Source: Spirochaetia bacterium (GTDB lineage Bacteria > Spirochaetota > Spirochaetia > SZUA-6 > Bin103). Taken from it: a stretch of DNA of 64,000 nt. Below are positions 1 to 10,494 of this stretch, piece after piece. The stretch lies in the NCBI GenBank assembly GCA_965199955.1, contig CBDATQ010000001.1, positions 2,016,001 through 2,080,000 of the forward strand, written 5' to 3'. The notes under the pieces are model-generated. The model was not told the origin of the DNA, did not search any database, and saw nothing but the letters and a program-made list of their open reading frames with translations. The position numbers were made by a program, and so were the translations under genes. Numbering within the stretch: position 1 is the first letter of the stretch; every line of letters begins with the position of its first letter.

Positions 1-29
1 TGATCGTCCCCGCCAGCCGTTCCGGGGAT

Positions 30-702
30 TCATCCGGCTCGCGCTCCAGCGCGCGGATCTCGGAGAGCACCGGCGCTGACGGCGGCTCGGTTCCCGACAG
101 CAGCGCCGGGGCGAGCGAGCGGCCGTGAAATGCGGCCCGGGCCGAGATCCCGGCCAGCTCCAGGAGTGTGGGCACCAAGTCCACTCCGCCCACCGGACGC
201 CGCAGCCGGGCGCCGGCGATGATCCGGCCCGCGCAGCAGCCACGGCACCCTGACCGACTGCTCGTACATCATCGACTTCGCGTACGGGCCGTGCTCGCCC
301 AGGCTCTTGCCGTGGTCGCTGATGAAGCAGACGAGGGTGTCCCCGGCCGCGCCGGCGTCCTCGAGCGCAGCGAGCAACCGGTCGAGCTGGCGGTCGACAT
401 GGGTGCAGAGCGCGTAGTAGTGCGCGGCGATCCGCCGCATGATCCGCACGCCGAACCGCGGTGCCGCGTGATGGCCCGAGCCGCGCAGGACGCCGGCTTT
501 CCCGTCAGGTCAGCCCGGTCAGCCAGCTCGCGCGCGCGGGCGAGCAGACCGGCGAGGAGCAGCAGGCGGTTTCCAGGACCGTCCGCTGCGTGGCAAGACG
601 TTCCAGCGTCGGGGTCTGCACCGCCGGGTCGCCCGCGAAGTCGGTGCTGGCAGCCCGCCACTGGTCGCATATGACCAGCAGGATGTTCGGATGCCGGGGC
701 AT
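30..702 (-). pseudogene. Choline-sulfatase-like sulfatase, internally deleted and frameshifted
   Basis: N-terminal piece (PNILLVICDQ...PVCSPARASWLTG, CxPxR motif, stop at 505) and C-terminal piece (YYALCTHVD...FISDHG...MYEQSVRVP) are in different frames; most of the middle is missing. Confidence 0.85.
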
Positions 703-782
703 GCCGCAGAGTGGGGCTAGCGCACACCGCGTCAAACCGCCTGTTGTGGCGAGCGTGCCCGCTGGTCACAATTCCGGTCGGA

Positions 783-2333
783 ATGAGCGACGCGGGCGAG
801 GCGGGCGGCGAGTACCTGCTGGAGGCGCTCGACATCGTCAAGCGCTACGGCGACTTCACGGCCAACGACCGGGTCACCCTGAGGCTTCGCCCCGGCCAGA
901 TCCATGCCCTGCTCGGCGAGAACGGTGCCGGCAAGTCGACCCTGGTCAAGATCATGTACGGGGCGCGGCAGCCGACGGCCGGCACGCTGCGCTGGCGCGG
1001 CCAACCGGTCTCGATCGCCAGTCCCGCCGCCGCGCGCCGGTTCGGCATCGCCATGGTCTTCCAGCACTTCTCCCTGTTCGAGGCGCTGACGGTGGTGGAG
1101 AACATCGCGCTGGCGCTGCCCGGCCGATTCGACCCCGGCGCCTTGGCCCGGCGCGTGACCGCCGTATCCGCGGAGTACGGGCTGCCGCTGGAACCGGGGG
1201 CGCTGGTCGCGGACCTGTCCGTCGGCGAGCGGCAGCGCATCGAGATCGTGCGCTGCCTGTTGCAGGAGCCGCGCCTGCTGATCATGGACGAGCCGACCTC
1301 CGTGCTCACGCCGCAGGAGGCGGATCAGCTCTTCCTGACCCTGCGGCGCCTGGCCGACGACGGGTGCGCGGTGCTCTACATCTCCCATCGGCTGGAGGAG
1401 GTGCAGCGGCTCTGCCACGACGCCACGATCCTTCGCCGCGCCAAGGTCGTCGCGAACGTCGACCCGCAGGCCGAGACGGCGGCGTCCCTGGCGCGGCTGA
1501 TGGTCGGCGAGGACGTCCACGCCGTGCGCGCGGAGGGACACGCGCACGACGGCGACGCCGCGCTCGCCGTCAACGGGCTGACGCTGGCGGCGGAGGGACC
1601 GTTCAGTGTTGCGCTGCGCGACATCGAGCTTACCGTCCGCGCCGGCGAAGTGACGGCGATAGCGGGAGTCGCGGGCAATGGCCAGTCCGAGCTGTTCGAG
1701 GCTCTGTCCGGGGAACGGCTGGCTCCGTCGGCCGGCGCGATCACGATCGCCGGACAACCATGCGGGACACGCGGCGCGACCGCGAGGCGCCGGCTGGGCG
1801 CCGCCTTCGTGCCGGAAGAACGGCTCGGCCACAGCGCCGTGCCGGGCATGGAGCTTTCCGAGAACGTCCTGCTCACACGTCACGCGTCCGATCGCGGACT
1901 GGTGCGCGGCGGGTTCGTCGACCGGTCCGGAACCCGTTCGGTGACACAGCGGGTCACCGAGCGGTTCGACGTGCGCATCAGCGAGGCGAACCCGCAGGCA
2001 AGCGAGCTGTCCGGCGGGAACCTGCAGAAGTTCGTGATCGGCCGGGAGCTCGACCGCGAGCCCGCGGTCCTGGTGATCAATCAGCCCACCTGGGGCGTGG
2101 ACGCGGGCGCGGCGGCGCTGATCCGGCAGGTGCTCGCCGACATGGCCAAGGACGGCGCGGCGGTGCTGGTCATCAGCCAGGACCTGGACGAGATCTTCGA
2201 GATCGCCGACCGCATCGCGGTGATCTCCCGCGGCGAACTCTCGGCGACGTATCCGGCGAATCGCGTCGACCGCGAGCGAGTCGGCCTGCTCATGGCCGGG
2301 GTCGGGGAGACGTCCGCCGGCAAGGAAGGGTAG
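783..2333 (+). CDS. Nucleoside/purine ABC transporter ATP-binding protein (two NBDs, NupA/YufO-like)
   Basis: GENGAGKST Walker A, LSVGERQ and LSGGNLQK signatures, INQPTWGVD; ATG at 783. Confidence 0.93.
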   Translation: MSDAGEAGGEYLLEALDIVKRYGDFTANDRVTLRLRPGQIHALLGENGAGKSTLVKIMYGARQPTAGTLRWRGQPVSIASPAAARRFGIAMVFQHFSLFEALTVVENIALALPGRFDPGALARRVTAVSAEYGLPLEPGALVADLSVGERQRIEIVRCLLQEPRLLIMDEPTSVLTPQEADQLFLTLRRLADDGCAVLYISHRLEEVQRLCHDATILRRAKVVANVDPQAETAASLARLMVGEDVHAVRAEGHAHDGDAALAVNGLTLAAEGPFSVALRDIELTVRAGEVTAIAGVAGNGQSELFEALSGERLAPSAGAITIAGQPCGTRGATARRRLGAAFVPEERLGHSAVPGMELSENVLLTRHASDRGLVRGGFVDRSGTRSVTQRVTERFDVRISEANPQASELSGGNLQKFVIGRELDREPAVLVINQPTWGVDAGAAALIRQVLADMAKDGAAVLVISQDLDEIFEIADRIAVISRGELSATYPANRVDRERVGLLMAGVGETSAGKEG

Positions 2334-2500
2334 TTCGCATAAACCGCGGAGTATAATTCACGAATCGCGGTCCGGCCGCCGATCCTCACGGCAACAAGAC
2401 TGGGCTGGGCGGGCTCGACGCGGACGGTGAAACTGCCGACTCGGACGCTGAACCCGCACCGGCCTACGTTCCGGTTGAGAGTACCGCCAGGACGTCAGTC

Positions 2501-2956
2501 TTGGGCTCATCGGCTCGGGACATGGCTGATCGTGCCGGCAACCCTTCTCCTGCCGTTGCCGCTCATGACGCTCGCCCACGGTTCCTCGACCGCCTGCCCG
2601 ATGGACTGGGCCATGACCTGATCTACATCAGAACGGTAGATCACTATTTGGAGGTACACACCACAGCCGGCTCGGGCCGCGTTCTCGTTCGCTTTGCGGA
2701 TGCGGTTGCGGAGCTCGGAGACCTGGGGATGCAGGTCCATCGCTGCTACTGGATCGCTCACCGCACGTTGCTGGAGGAGGGGGCGGAGTTGGTCACGCGA
2801 GGTAACCGCATGGTGCTGAGACTTGCGGAGCAAGCGTGGTGTCGCGTTTCAGGAAGCGATCGAACGAGCGCTCGGTTCGGACCGGTCGAAGGCGTTCCGG
2901 GATGGCGCATGGATCACCGCCGACGAAGCGTCAAGAGTGATCGACTGGCTGCTTGA
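2501..2956 (+). CDS. LytTR DNA-binding domain protein (probably partial)
   Basis: LIYIRTVDHYLEVHT...QVHRCYWIA LytTR-like pattern; no receiver or membrane domain; C-terminus looks degenerate. Confidence 0.7.
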   Translation: MGSSARDMADRAGNPSPAVAAHDARPRFLDRLPDGLGHDLIYIRTVDHYLEVHTTAGSGRVLVRFADAVAELGDLGMQVHRCYWIAHRTLLEEGAELVTRGNRMVLRLAEQAWCRVSGSDRTSARFGPVEGVPGWRMDHRRRSVKSDRLAA

Positions 2957-3211
2957 CCAGGGGCGAACCGACTGAGTCTGTGATCCCCGGTTCCAGATCG
3001 CGATGCTGCGGCAGGCAGCGGTGGAATCGGGGGCTTTGGCCTACAGCCAGATGCCGGTGCCGGATCGCGGTCCCGCGGGCGCGGGGCTCGACGCAGGCGC
3101 CGATATCACGGATCGTATTCCGGTGATCTGGCGCCGGGAGTGCTGGGCGACTTCGATGGCGCGTCGCGCCTGCCGCGGGTGCGTCGCGCCGGGCATTGGC
3201 GGGAGTTCGGT

Positions 3212-4291
3212 GTGACGCTGCAATTCGAGAAACGCCAGCACCCCAGCCGCGTGATGGTCGTGGGCTCGCCGGTCCTGGCGATCCTGCTCACCGTGATCGT
3301 CGGCGGCATTCTCTTTGCGGCGCGCGGCCTGGAGCCGCTGCCGGCGCTGTACGTCTACTTCGTGGAGCCGGTGACCACGCTCTGGTCGATCGAGGAGATG
3401 GTCGTCAAGGCGACGCCGCTGGTGCTGATCGGCGCCGGGCTGGCGGTCTGCTTCCGCGCCAACGTCTGGAACATCGGCGCCGAGGGGCAACTCACCATGG
3501 GCGCCATCGTCGGCGCCGCCGTTCCCGTCCTGGCCACGGAATGGCAGTCGCCGCTGGTCTTGCCGCTGATGATGGCGCTCGGCATCGCCGGCGGCATGGC
3601 CTGGGCGGCGATCCCGGCGCTGCTCCGCAACCGGTTCGGAGCTAACGAGATTCTCACCAGCCTGATGCTCGTGTACGTGGCCCAGCTCGTCCTGGACTGG
3701 CTGGTGCGCGGTCCGTGGCGCGACCCCGAGGGGTACAACTTCCCGGAGTCGGTGGCGCTGCAGGGCGTTCAGCTCCTGCCGACGCTCGGCTACAGCCGCG
3801 TCCACCTGGGCGGGGCGTTCGCGCTGTTGGCCGTGCTGGTGCTGTTCGTGTTCCTGTCGCGCACGTTGAAAGGTTTCGAGATCCAGGTGTCCGGCGACGC
3901 ACCGCGCGCCGGAGAATTCGGCGGCTTCCGGCGGCCGCGCACCGTGTGGTTCTGCCTGCTGCTGTCCGGGGGACTGGCGGGACTGGCCGGCATCGGCGAG
4001 ATCGCCGGGCCGATCAGGCAGCTGCAGCCGTCCATCTCGCCGGGCTACGGATTCACGGCGATCATCGTGGCGTTCCTGGGCCGACTGAACCCGATCGGGG
4101 TGCTGCTGGCGGGGATCGTTCTCGCCAGCAGCTACCTGGGCGGCGAAGGGGCGCAGATATCGCTGGGGCTTTCCAGCAAGACGGCGCAGGTGTTCCAGGG
4201 CACGCTGCTGTTCTTCATCCTGGCGTGCGACACGCTGATCCGGTACCGGCTGCGATTCCGTCTGGGAGCGGTCGCGGAGCTGCCTCGATGA
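3212..4291 (+). CDS. Nucleoside/purine ABC transporter permease 1
   Basis: WNIGAEGQ, ANEILTSLML, GYGFTAIIVAFLGRLNP; hydrophobic; GTG start inferred. Confidence 0.92.
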   Translation: MTLQFEKRQHPSRVMVVGSPVLAILLTVIVGGILFAARGLEPLPALYVYFVEPVTTLWSIEEMVVKATPLVLIGAGLAVCFRANVWNIGAEGQLTMGAIVGAAVPVLATEWQSPLVLPLMMALGIAGGMAWAAIPALLRNRFGANEILTSLMLVYVAQLVLDWLVRGPWRDPEGYNFPESVALQGVQLLPTLGYSRVHLGGAFALLAVLVLFVFLSRTLKGFEIQVSGDAPRAGEFGGFRRPRTVWFCLLLSGGLAGLAGIGEIAGPIRQLQPSISPGYGFTAIIVAFLGRLNPIGVLLAGIVLASSYLGGEGAQISLGLSSKTAQVFQGTLLFFILACDTLIRYRLRFRLGAVAELPR

Positions 4292-5208
4292 CCGGCGTGG
4301 AGTCGGTGATCCTTACCATCATCACGGCCTCGACGCCCCTGTTGCTGGCCTCCATCGGCGAGCTGGTGGTCGAGCGTTCCGGTGTCCTCAACCTGGGCGT
4401 CGAGGGGATGATGATCATGGGCGCCGTGACCGGCTTCGCGGCGGCCTACATGTCGGGATCGGCGCTGGCGGGCGTGGCCGTGTCGCTCGGCGCCGGCATC
4501 GCCATCGCGCTGCTGTTCGCCTACCTGACCCAGACGCTGGTAACCAACCAGGTCGCTACCGGGCTGGCGCTCACTCTGTTCGGGCTGGGGCTCGCCGGGA
4601 TGATCGGCGAGAACTTCACGGGCCTCCCCGGCGTGAGGCTCCCGAACGTCCAGATCCCGGTGCTCACCGATCTCCCGTTCATCGGGCCGGTGGTGTTCGG
4701 CCAGGATCCCCTGGTATACGCCTCGATCGCGATCACGGTGCTGGTCGCCTGGACGCTGGCGCGCACGCGCATCGGGCTGGTGATCCGCGCGACCGGCGGC
4801 AACCACCACTCCGCCCACGCGCTGGGCTTCCGGGTGATCGCCGTGCGCTACGCCTGCATCGCCTTCGGCGGGGCCTGCGCAGGGCTGGCCGGCGGCTACC
4901 TCTCCCTCGTCTACACGCCGCAGTGGATCGAGAACATGACGGCAGGCCGGGGCTGGATCGCGCTGGCGCTGGTGGTGTTCTCCACTTGGGCGCCTCGGCG
5001 CGTCGCAATCGGCGCCTATCTGTTCGGGACCGTGTGGATCATGGGCCTATGGGCGCAGGGCGTGGGGATCGCCGTGGCGTCGCAACTCCTTTCGGCGTTG
5101 CCTTACCTGGCGACCATCGCGGCGTTGGTGCTGATCTCCGGCAACCGTTTCTTGACGAAGGCGAACACCCCTGCTTGCATTGGGCAGCCGTTCGTGCCCG
5201 ATCGGTAG
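4288..5208 (+). CDS. Nucleoside/purine ABC transporter permease 2
   Basis: ERSGVLNLGVEGMM, AGRGWIALALVVF, LPYLATI; ATGA overlap with previous gene. Confidence 0.92.
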   Translation: MTGVESVILTIITASTPLLLASIGELVVERSGVLNLGVEGMMIMGAVTGFAAAYMSGSALAGVAVSLGAGIAIALLFAYLTQTLVTNQVATGLALTLFGLGLAGMIGENFTGLPGVRLPNVQIPVLTDLPFIGPVVFGQDPLVYASIAITVLVAWTLARTRIGLVIRATGGNHHSAHALGFRVIAVRYACIAFGGACAGLAGGYLSLVYTPQWIENMTAGRGWIALALVVFSTWAPRRVAIGAYLFGTVWIMGLWAQGVGIAVASQLLSALPYLATIAALVLISGNRFLTKANTPACIGQPFVPDR

Positions 5209-5263
5209 GTCGCCGCGTCCGGCCATCCATCATCGACAGGGGGAACGACCCCGAAAGGAGAGC

Positions 5264-6325
5264 ATGATGAAGAGACTGCTCATCGTCGCGCTGGCGCTGA
5301 TGCTGACCGTGGCGGCGTTCGGCCAGGACAAGCTGAAAGTCGGGTTCGTCTACGTCGGCCCGATCGGCGATCACGGCTGGACGTACCAGCACCATGACGG
5401 TCTGCTGGCAGTGCGGGAGGAGTTCGGCGACCGCGTCGAGACGATCCATGTGGAGAACATTTCGGAAGGCCCGGATGCCGAGCGAGCCATTACCCGCATG
5501 GCCCGTGAGGGTGCCGGTCTGATCTTCACCACCTCGTTCGGCTTCATGGACCCGACCATCAACGTGGCCGCGGACTTCCCGGACGTGAAGTTCGAGCACG
5601 CCACCGGCTTCAAGCGGGCCGACAACGTGTCCACCTACTCGGCCCGCTTCTACGAGGGGCGCTATATCATCGGCCAGATCGCCGCGCAGATGTCGGAGAG
5701 CGGCGTCGCCGGCTACATCGCGTCCTTCCCGATCCCCGAAGTGGTGCGCGGCATCAACGCGTTCCTGCTCGGCGCGCAGACGATCAATCCCGACTTCAAG
5801 CTCAAGGTGGTGTGGGTCAATACCTGGTTCGATCCCGGCAAGGAAGCGGACGCCGCCAAGGTCCTGATCGGCCAAGGCGCGGACATCATCACCCAGCACA
5901 CCGACTCCACCGCACCGTTGCAGATCGCGGAGGAGCAGGGCGTGGTCGGCTTCGGGCAGGCGTCGGACATGATCATGTTCGCCCCGAACGCGCAACTCAC
6001 CGCCGTCATCGACGAATGGGCTCCCTACTACGTGGCCCGCACCAGGGCGGTGCTCGACGGCACCTGGGAGTCCACGGACACGTGGGACGGTATCGCCCCG
6101 GGCATGGTGCGCATGGCGCCCTATACCAACATGCCGGACGAGGTGAAGGCGCTGGCCATGGAGACGGAGGCGATGATCTCCTCCGGAGAGCTGCACCCGT
6201 TCAAGGGCCCGATCCACAACCAGGAAGGCGAGATGGTCATCTGCGCGGGCGAGGTCCTCGACGACGGCACGCTGCTCGGCATGAACTGGTACGTGCAAGG
6301 CGTCGACGACAAGCTGCCCGGTTAG
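5264..6325 (+). CDS. BMP-family purine/nucleoside-binding protein
   Basis: Signal peptide, KVGFVYVGPIGDHGW, TWFDPGKEA, QHTDS; AAGGAG RBS upstream. Confidence 0.93.
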   Translation: MMKRLLIVALALMLTVAAFGQDKLKVGFVYVGPIGDHGWTYQHHDGLLAVREEFGDRVETIHVENISEGPDAERAITRMAREGAGLIFTTSFGFMDPTINVAADFPDVKFEHATGFKRADNVSTYSARFYEGRYIIGQIAAQMSESGVAGYIASFPIPEVVRGINAFLLGAQTINPDFKLKVVWVNTWFDPGKEADAAKVLIGQGADIITQHTDSTAPLQIAEEQGVVGFGQASDMIMFAPNAQLTAVIDEWAPYYVARTRAVLDGTWESTDTWDGIAPGMVRMAPYTNMPDEVKALAMETEAMISSGELHPFKGPIHNQEGEMVICAGEVLDDGTLLGMNWYVQGVDDKLPG

Positions 6326-6448
6326 CGTCGCAGCGCGGAGTTTCGCCTGTGGGTCGATAGCCCACCCAAGGGGCCGTCTCTCCCGCGGCGTCGTGAACGC
6401 GATTGCGCGTCCATGACCTGCCGATAATGAGAGGGACGGCCCTTCTCA

Positions 6449-6994
6449 ATGTCAGCAATCGATCCCTCGCCGTTGTCCGTCGCCGCGGTCAACCAGCTCG
6501 AGGCCGCGGCGTTCATTGCGCGATTCGGTGACATCGCCGAGCACTCGCCCTGGGTGGCCGAACGCGTGGCAGCCGCGCGGCCGTTCGCCGGCCGCGAAGC
6601 CGTGGTCGCGGCCTTCGTGGCCGCGGTGCGCGCCGCGCCGCCGGCGTCTCAGCTCGCGCTGATCCGCGCCCACCCGGACCTGGCCGATCGAGCCGCCGTG
6701 GCGGACGACGCCGGCGGCGGCGACATCGCCGCGGAGTCGCGGCGCGAGCAGGCCGGGGCCGGGCTGGACCGCCTGACGCCGGACGAGTTCGAGCGCTTCG
6801 CCGACCTCAACACCCGCTACCGCGCCCGGTTCGGCATCCCGTTCATCTTCGCGGTGAAGGGCGCGAACAAGGACATGATCCTGACCGCCTTCGAGGAGCG
6901 CATCGGCAACGACGCCGCGACCGAGCGCGCGACGGCGCTGGCCAACGTCGAGCGCATCCTCCGCTTCCGCATCGAAGACCGGATCGTGCCGTGA
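6449..6994 (+). CDS. uraD: OHCU decarboxylase
   Basis: EHSPWVAE, LIRAHPDLA, ESRREQAGAGLD, YRARFGIPFIFAVKG. Confidence 0.93.
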   Translation: MSAIDPSPLSVAAVNQLEAAAFIARFGDIAEHSPWVAERVAAARPFAGREAVVAAFVAAVRAAPPASQLALIRAHPDLADRAAVADDAGGGDIAAESRREQAGAGLDRLTPDEFERFADLNTRYRARFGIPFIFAVKGANKDMILTAFEERIGNDAATERATALANVERILRFRIEDRIVP

Positions 6995-8334
6995 GCGCCG
7001 CCGCCGGCGGGCGGGTCGTGCGCGGTGCGGTGCTGAGCTACCTCGACGACCCGGCGCGCGCCGGATCGCAGGATGCGGTTTGCTTTCATCAGTACGGCGC
7101 GGTCGTCGTGGGCGGTGACGGCAGGATCGCCTGGTGCGGTCCGGCCGCCGAGATGCCCGACCGCTTTCGCTCGCTTGCCTCGGAAGACTACGGGTCGGCG
7201 CTGGTGCTGCCGGGCTTCATCGACTCCCACATCCATTTCCCCCAGTACCGGATGCTGGCGGCGCCGGGCAACGACTTGCTGGACTGGCTGCAGCGGTTCA
7301 CCTTCCCGGAGGAGTGTCGCTATCGTGCGCCTGCGCATGCGTGCGCGGCGGCTGAAGTGTTCCTGGATCGGCTGATCCGGCACGGTACGACCGCGGCGGT
7401 GGTCTTCTCCACGGTCCATCGCGGCGCGACAGAGGCCCTGTTCGCCGCGGCGGAACGGCGCCGGATGGCGATCGTCACCGGCAAGACCATGATGGACCGC
7501 AACGCCCCGGCGGCGCTGTGCGACGATCCGGCGCGCGGGGTCGAGGACAGCGAGGCGCTGATCGAGCATTGGCACGGCCGCGGGCGGCTGCGTTACGCGA
7601 TCACCGTGCGCTTCGCCGTCACCTCCAGCGAGGAGCAGCTACGAGCCGCCGGAGAGCTGGCCGGCCGCCACCCCGGCTGCCACGTGCACACGCACCTGTC
7701 GGAGAGCGAGCCGGAGATCGCGCTGGTGACGCGTGACTTCCCCTGGGCGCAGGACTACACCGACGTGTACGATCGCTTCGGCTTGGTCGGCGCCCGCAGC
7801 CTGTTCGCGCACGGCATCCATCTCTCCGAGCGCGAACAGGCGTGCCTGTCCGCAGCCGGCGCGACCGTCGTGCACTGTCCGACCTCGAACACCTTCCTGG
7901 GCTCGGGCCTGTTCGACCTCCGCCGCCTCAGGAACGGGACGCGCCCGGTCGGCGTCGGCCTGGCCACCGACGTCGGCGGCGGCACCAGCTACTCGATGCT
8001 GCACACCATGGGCGAGGCGTACAAGGTGGCGATGCTGCGCGGCTACCGGCCGACCGCGCACGAGCTGTTCCACCTGGCGACCCGCGGCAACGCCCGGCGG
8101 CTCGGCCTGGATGATCAGATCGGATGCCTGGAACCCGGCCGCTGGGGCGACCTCGTCGTCCTCGACCCTGCCGCCACGCCGGTGCTGGCCTCCCGCAACG
8201 AGCTGTCGGCAAACCTGGAGGAGACGCTGTTCGCGCTGGCGATCCTGGGCGACGACCGTGCGGTGCGCGCGACCTACGTCGCCGGCTGCCGGGTATGGCT
8301 CGCCGAGCCGGCGGGCGATCCGGCAAACTCCTGA
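6991..8334 (+). CDS. guaD: Guanine deaminase
   Basis: PGFIDSHIHFPQ, HTHLSE, HCPTSN, ATDVGGGTS, LGDDRAV. Confidence 0.95.
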   Translation: MSAAAGGRVVRGAVLSYLDDPARAGSQDAVCFHQYGAVVVGGDGRIAWCGPAAEMPDRFRSLASEDYGSALVLPGFIDSHIHFPQYRMLAAPGNDLLDWLQRFTFPEECRYRAPAHACAAAEVFLDRLIRHGTTAAVVFSTVHRGATEALFAAAERRRMAIVTGKTMMDRNAPAALCDDPARGVEDSEALIEHWHGRGRLRYAITVRFAVTSSEEQLRAAGELAGRHPGCHVHTHLSESEPEIALVTRDFPWAQDYTDVYDRFGLVGARSLFAHGIHLSEREQACLSAAGATVVHCPTSNTFLGSGLFDLRRLRNGTRPVGVGLATDVGGGTSYSMLHTMGEAYKVAMLRGYRPTAHELFHLATRGNARRLGLDDQIGCLEPGRWGDLVVLDPAATPVLASRNELSANLEETLFALAILGDDRAVRATYVAGCRVWLAEPAGDPANS

Positions 8335-8360
8335 CGGCAACGTTCGCCAAGGAGGAACGC

Positions 8361-8678
8361 ATGTACGTGATCGTCGCCCCCATCCAGATCAAGGAAGGGC
8401 ACAAGGACGAATTCATCGAGGCGATGCTCGGGGACGCGCGCGGCTCCGTGAACGACGAGCCGGGCTGCCTGCGATTCGACGTGGTCCAGGACGGCACCGA
8501 TCCGAACCGGATCTGGCTCTACGAAGTGTACGTGGACGAGGCGGCCTTCCAGGCTCACACGAAAACCCCGCACTTCCTGAAGTGGCGGGACACCGTCAAG
8601 GACTGGATGGACGAGCGGCCGGTCGGCGCGGGCGCGGGCAGCTACAACATCTGGCCGTCGGACGGCGACTGGAAGTAG
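8361..8678 (+). CDS. ABM-domain protein (LsrG/putative quinol monooxygenase family)
   Basis: EPGCLRFDVVQD, LYEVYVDEAAFQAHTKTPHF; AAGGAGG RBS. Confidence 0.88.
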   Translation: MYVIVAPIQIKEGHKDEFIEAMLGDARGSVNDEPGCLRFDVVQDGTDPNRIWLYEVYVDEAAFQAHTKTPHFLKWRDTVKDWMDERPVGAGAGSYNIWPSDGDWK

Positions 8679-8686
8679 GGATTGCG

Positions 8687-10480
8687 GTGACGCAGCGCGA
8701 ACCGTGGCACGCGGTGGCGACGGACCTGGTGGACGTCGCAGCCGGACGGGCCGCCGCCGACCTGGTGATCCGCGGCGGGCGTTGGGTCAACGTGCTCACG
8801 CGCGAGGCGGTGCCCGGCATGGACATCGCCGTGCGCCGGGGCCGCATCGCCTGCATCGTCGAGGACGCTGGCTACTGCATCGGCGACGGCACCCGCGTGG
8901 TCGAGGCCGAAGGTCGCTTCATGGTGCCTGGCCTGACCGACGGCCACCTGCACGTCGAGAGCAGCATGTGCACGGTCACGGAGTACGTGCGCGCTGTGCT
9001 CCCGCACGGCACCACGGCGATCTTCACCGACCCGCACGAGGTGGCGAACGTCTTCGGCCTCGACGGCGTGCGCATGATGGTGGCCGAGGCGGAGGCCGCG
9101 CCGATACACGTCTTCGTGCAGATGCCCTCCTGCGTGCCGTCCGCGCCGGGGCTGGAGACGCCCGGGGCGCGCATCACGCCGCAGGACGTGCAGGAGGCGA
9201 TGACCTGGCCGGGGATCGTCGGCCTGGGCGAGATGATGAATTTCCCCGGCGTGGTCGCCGGCGATCAGCAGATGCACGCCGAGATGGCCGCCACCATGCG
9301 CGCCGGCAAGACGATCGGCGGCCACTACCCGAGCCTGGAGCTCGACCGGCGCTTTCACGCCTACCTGGCCGGCGGCCCGGCCGACGATCACGAGAACACC
9401 CGGGAGGTGGACGCCGTCGAGCGCGCCCGCCGCGGCATGCGGCCGATGCTGCGGCTCGGTTCGGCCTGGTACGACGTGGCCGCGCAGGTCACAGCCATCA
9501 CGGAGCAGGGGCTCGACCCGCGCCAGTTCATCCTGTGCACGGACGACGTGCACGCCGGCACGCTGGTGGCCGACGGCCACATGGACCGCGTTCTGCGGCA
9601 CGCGATCGGGCTGGGCCTCGACCCCCTGATCGCCTTGCAGATGGCCACCATCAACACCGCACAGAACTTCGGCGTCGAGCGCGATCTGGGATGCCTGGCG
9701 CCGGGGCGCTACGCGGACGTGGTGCTGGTGGAGGACCTCGACGAGTTCGCTGCCGGCACGGTGATCGCCCGCGGCGAGGTGGCGGCGGAGGAGGGGAGGC
9801 TGCTCATCGAGCTGCCGCCCTGGGAGCACGAGGAACGCTTTCGCCGCTCGATCCGCGTGCCGCGGCCGCTGGTCGCCGGCGACTTCGCGGTGGATGCCGG
9901 CGGCCGCACGGGCAGGGTGACCGCCAACGTGATCGGCGTGATCGAGAACCATGCCGCCACCCGCCACCTGACCGCGAACCTGGACGTGCGCGACGGCCGG
10001 GTGCAGCCCGACCCGGCGCAGGACGTGCTGCCGCTGGCCCTGGTGGAGCGCCATCACGGGACCGGCAGGGTCGTGAACGGCTTCGTGCAGGGCTTCGGCT
10101 TCGACGCCGTCTGCGGCGTGGCCACCACCGTCGCCCACGACTGCCACCACCTGCTGGTGACCGGGACCTGCGCCGCGAACATGGCGCAGGCTGCGAACAC
10201 GCTGGTCGACGTCGCCGGCGGCGTCGCCGTGGTGCGCGACGGCACGCTGACCGCCCTGGTCGAGCTGCCGATCGGCGGGCTGATGTCCGACGAGCCGGCC
10301 GGCGTGGTCGCCGAGAAGTCGGCCCGCGTGATGCGGGCGCTCGCTGAGTGCGGCCGCGCGCTCAATAACGGCTACATGCAGCTCAGCCTGCTGGCGCTGG
10401 CGGTGATCCCCGAGCTGCGCATCTCCGACCTGGGCCTGGTCGACGTCTCCCGCTTCACCCACATCCCGGTGCTCGTCTGA
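8687..10480 (+). CDS. ade: Adenine deaminase
   Basis: DGHLHVESSM, DPHEVANV, GEMMNFPGV, CTDD, VAHDCHH, IPELRISDLGL. Confidence 0.95.
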   Translation: MTQREPWHAVATDLVDVAAGRAAADLVIRGGRWVNVLTREAVPGMDIAVRRGRIACIVEDAGYCIGDGTRVVEAEGRFMVPGLTDGHLHVESSMCTVTEYVRAVLPHGTTAIFTDPHEVANVFGLDGVRMMVAEAEAAPIHVFVQMPSCVPSAPGLETPGARITPQDVQEAMTWPGIVGLGEMMNFPGVVAGDQQMHAEMAATMRAGKTIGGHYPSLELDRRFHAYLAGGPADDHENTREVDAVERARRGMRPMLRLGSAWYDVAAQVTAITEQGLDPRQFILCTDDVHAGTLVADGHMDRVLRHAIGLGLDPLIALQMATINTAQNFGVERDLGCLAPGRYADVVLVEDLDEFAAGTVIARGEVAAEEGRLLIELPPWEHEERFRRSIRVPRPLVAGDFAVDAGGRTGRVTANVIGVIENHAATRHLTANLDVRDGRVQPDPAQDVLPLALVERHHGTGRVVNGFVQGFGFDAVCGVATTVAHDCHHLLVTGTCAANMAQAANTLVDVAGGVAVVRDGTLTALVELPIGGLMSDEPAGVVAEKSARVMRALAECGRALNNGYMQLSLLALAVIPELRISDLGLVDVSRFTHIPVLV

Positions 10481-10494
10481 CGCCTCCTCCCGCG

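Noticed and set aside
6326..6448. Possible purine/xanthine riboswitch upstream of uraD
   Set aside because: Only short GC stems; no conserved riboswitch nucleotides recognised; needs an Rfam scan
7733..10480. 915-aa ORF as an extended adenine deaminase
   Set aside because: The extension overlaps guaD and the ABM gene in another frame; the real start is ~8687
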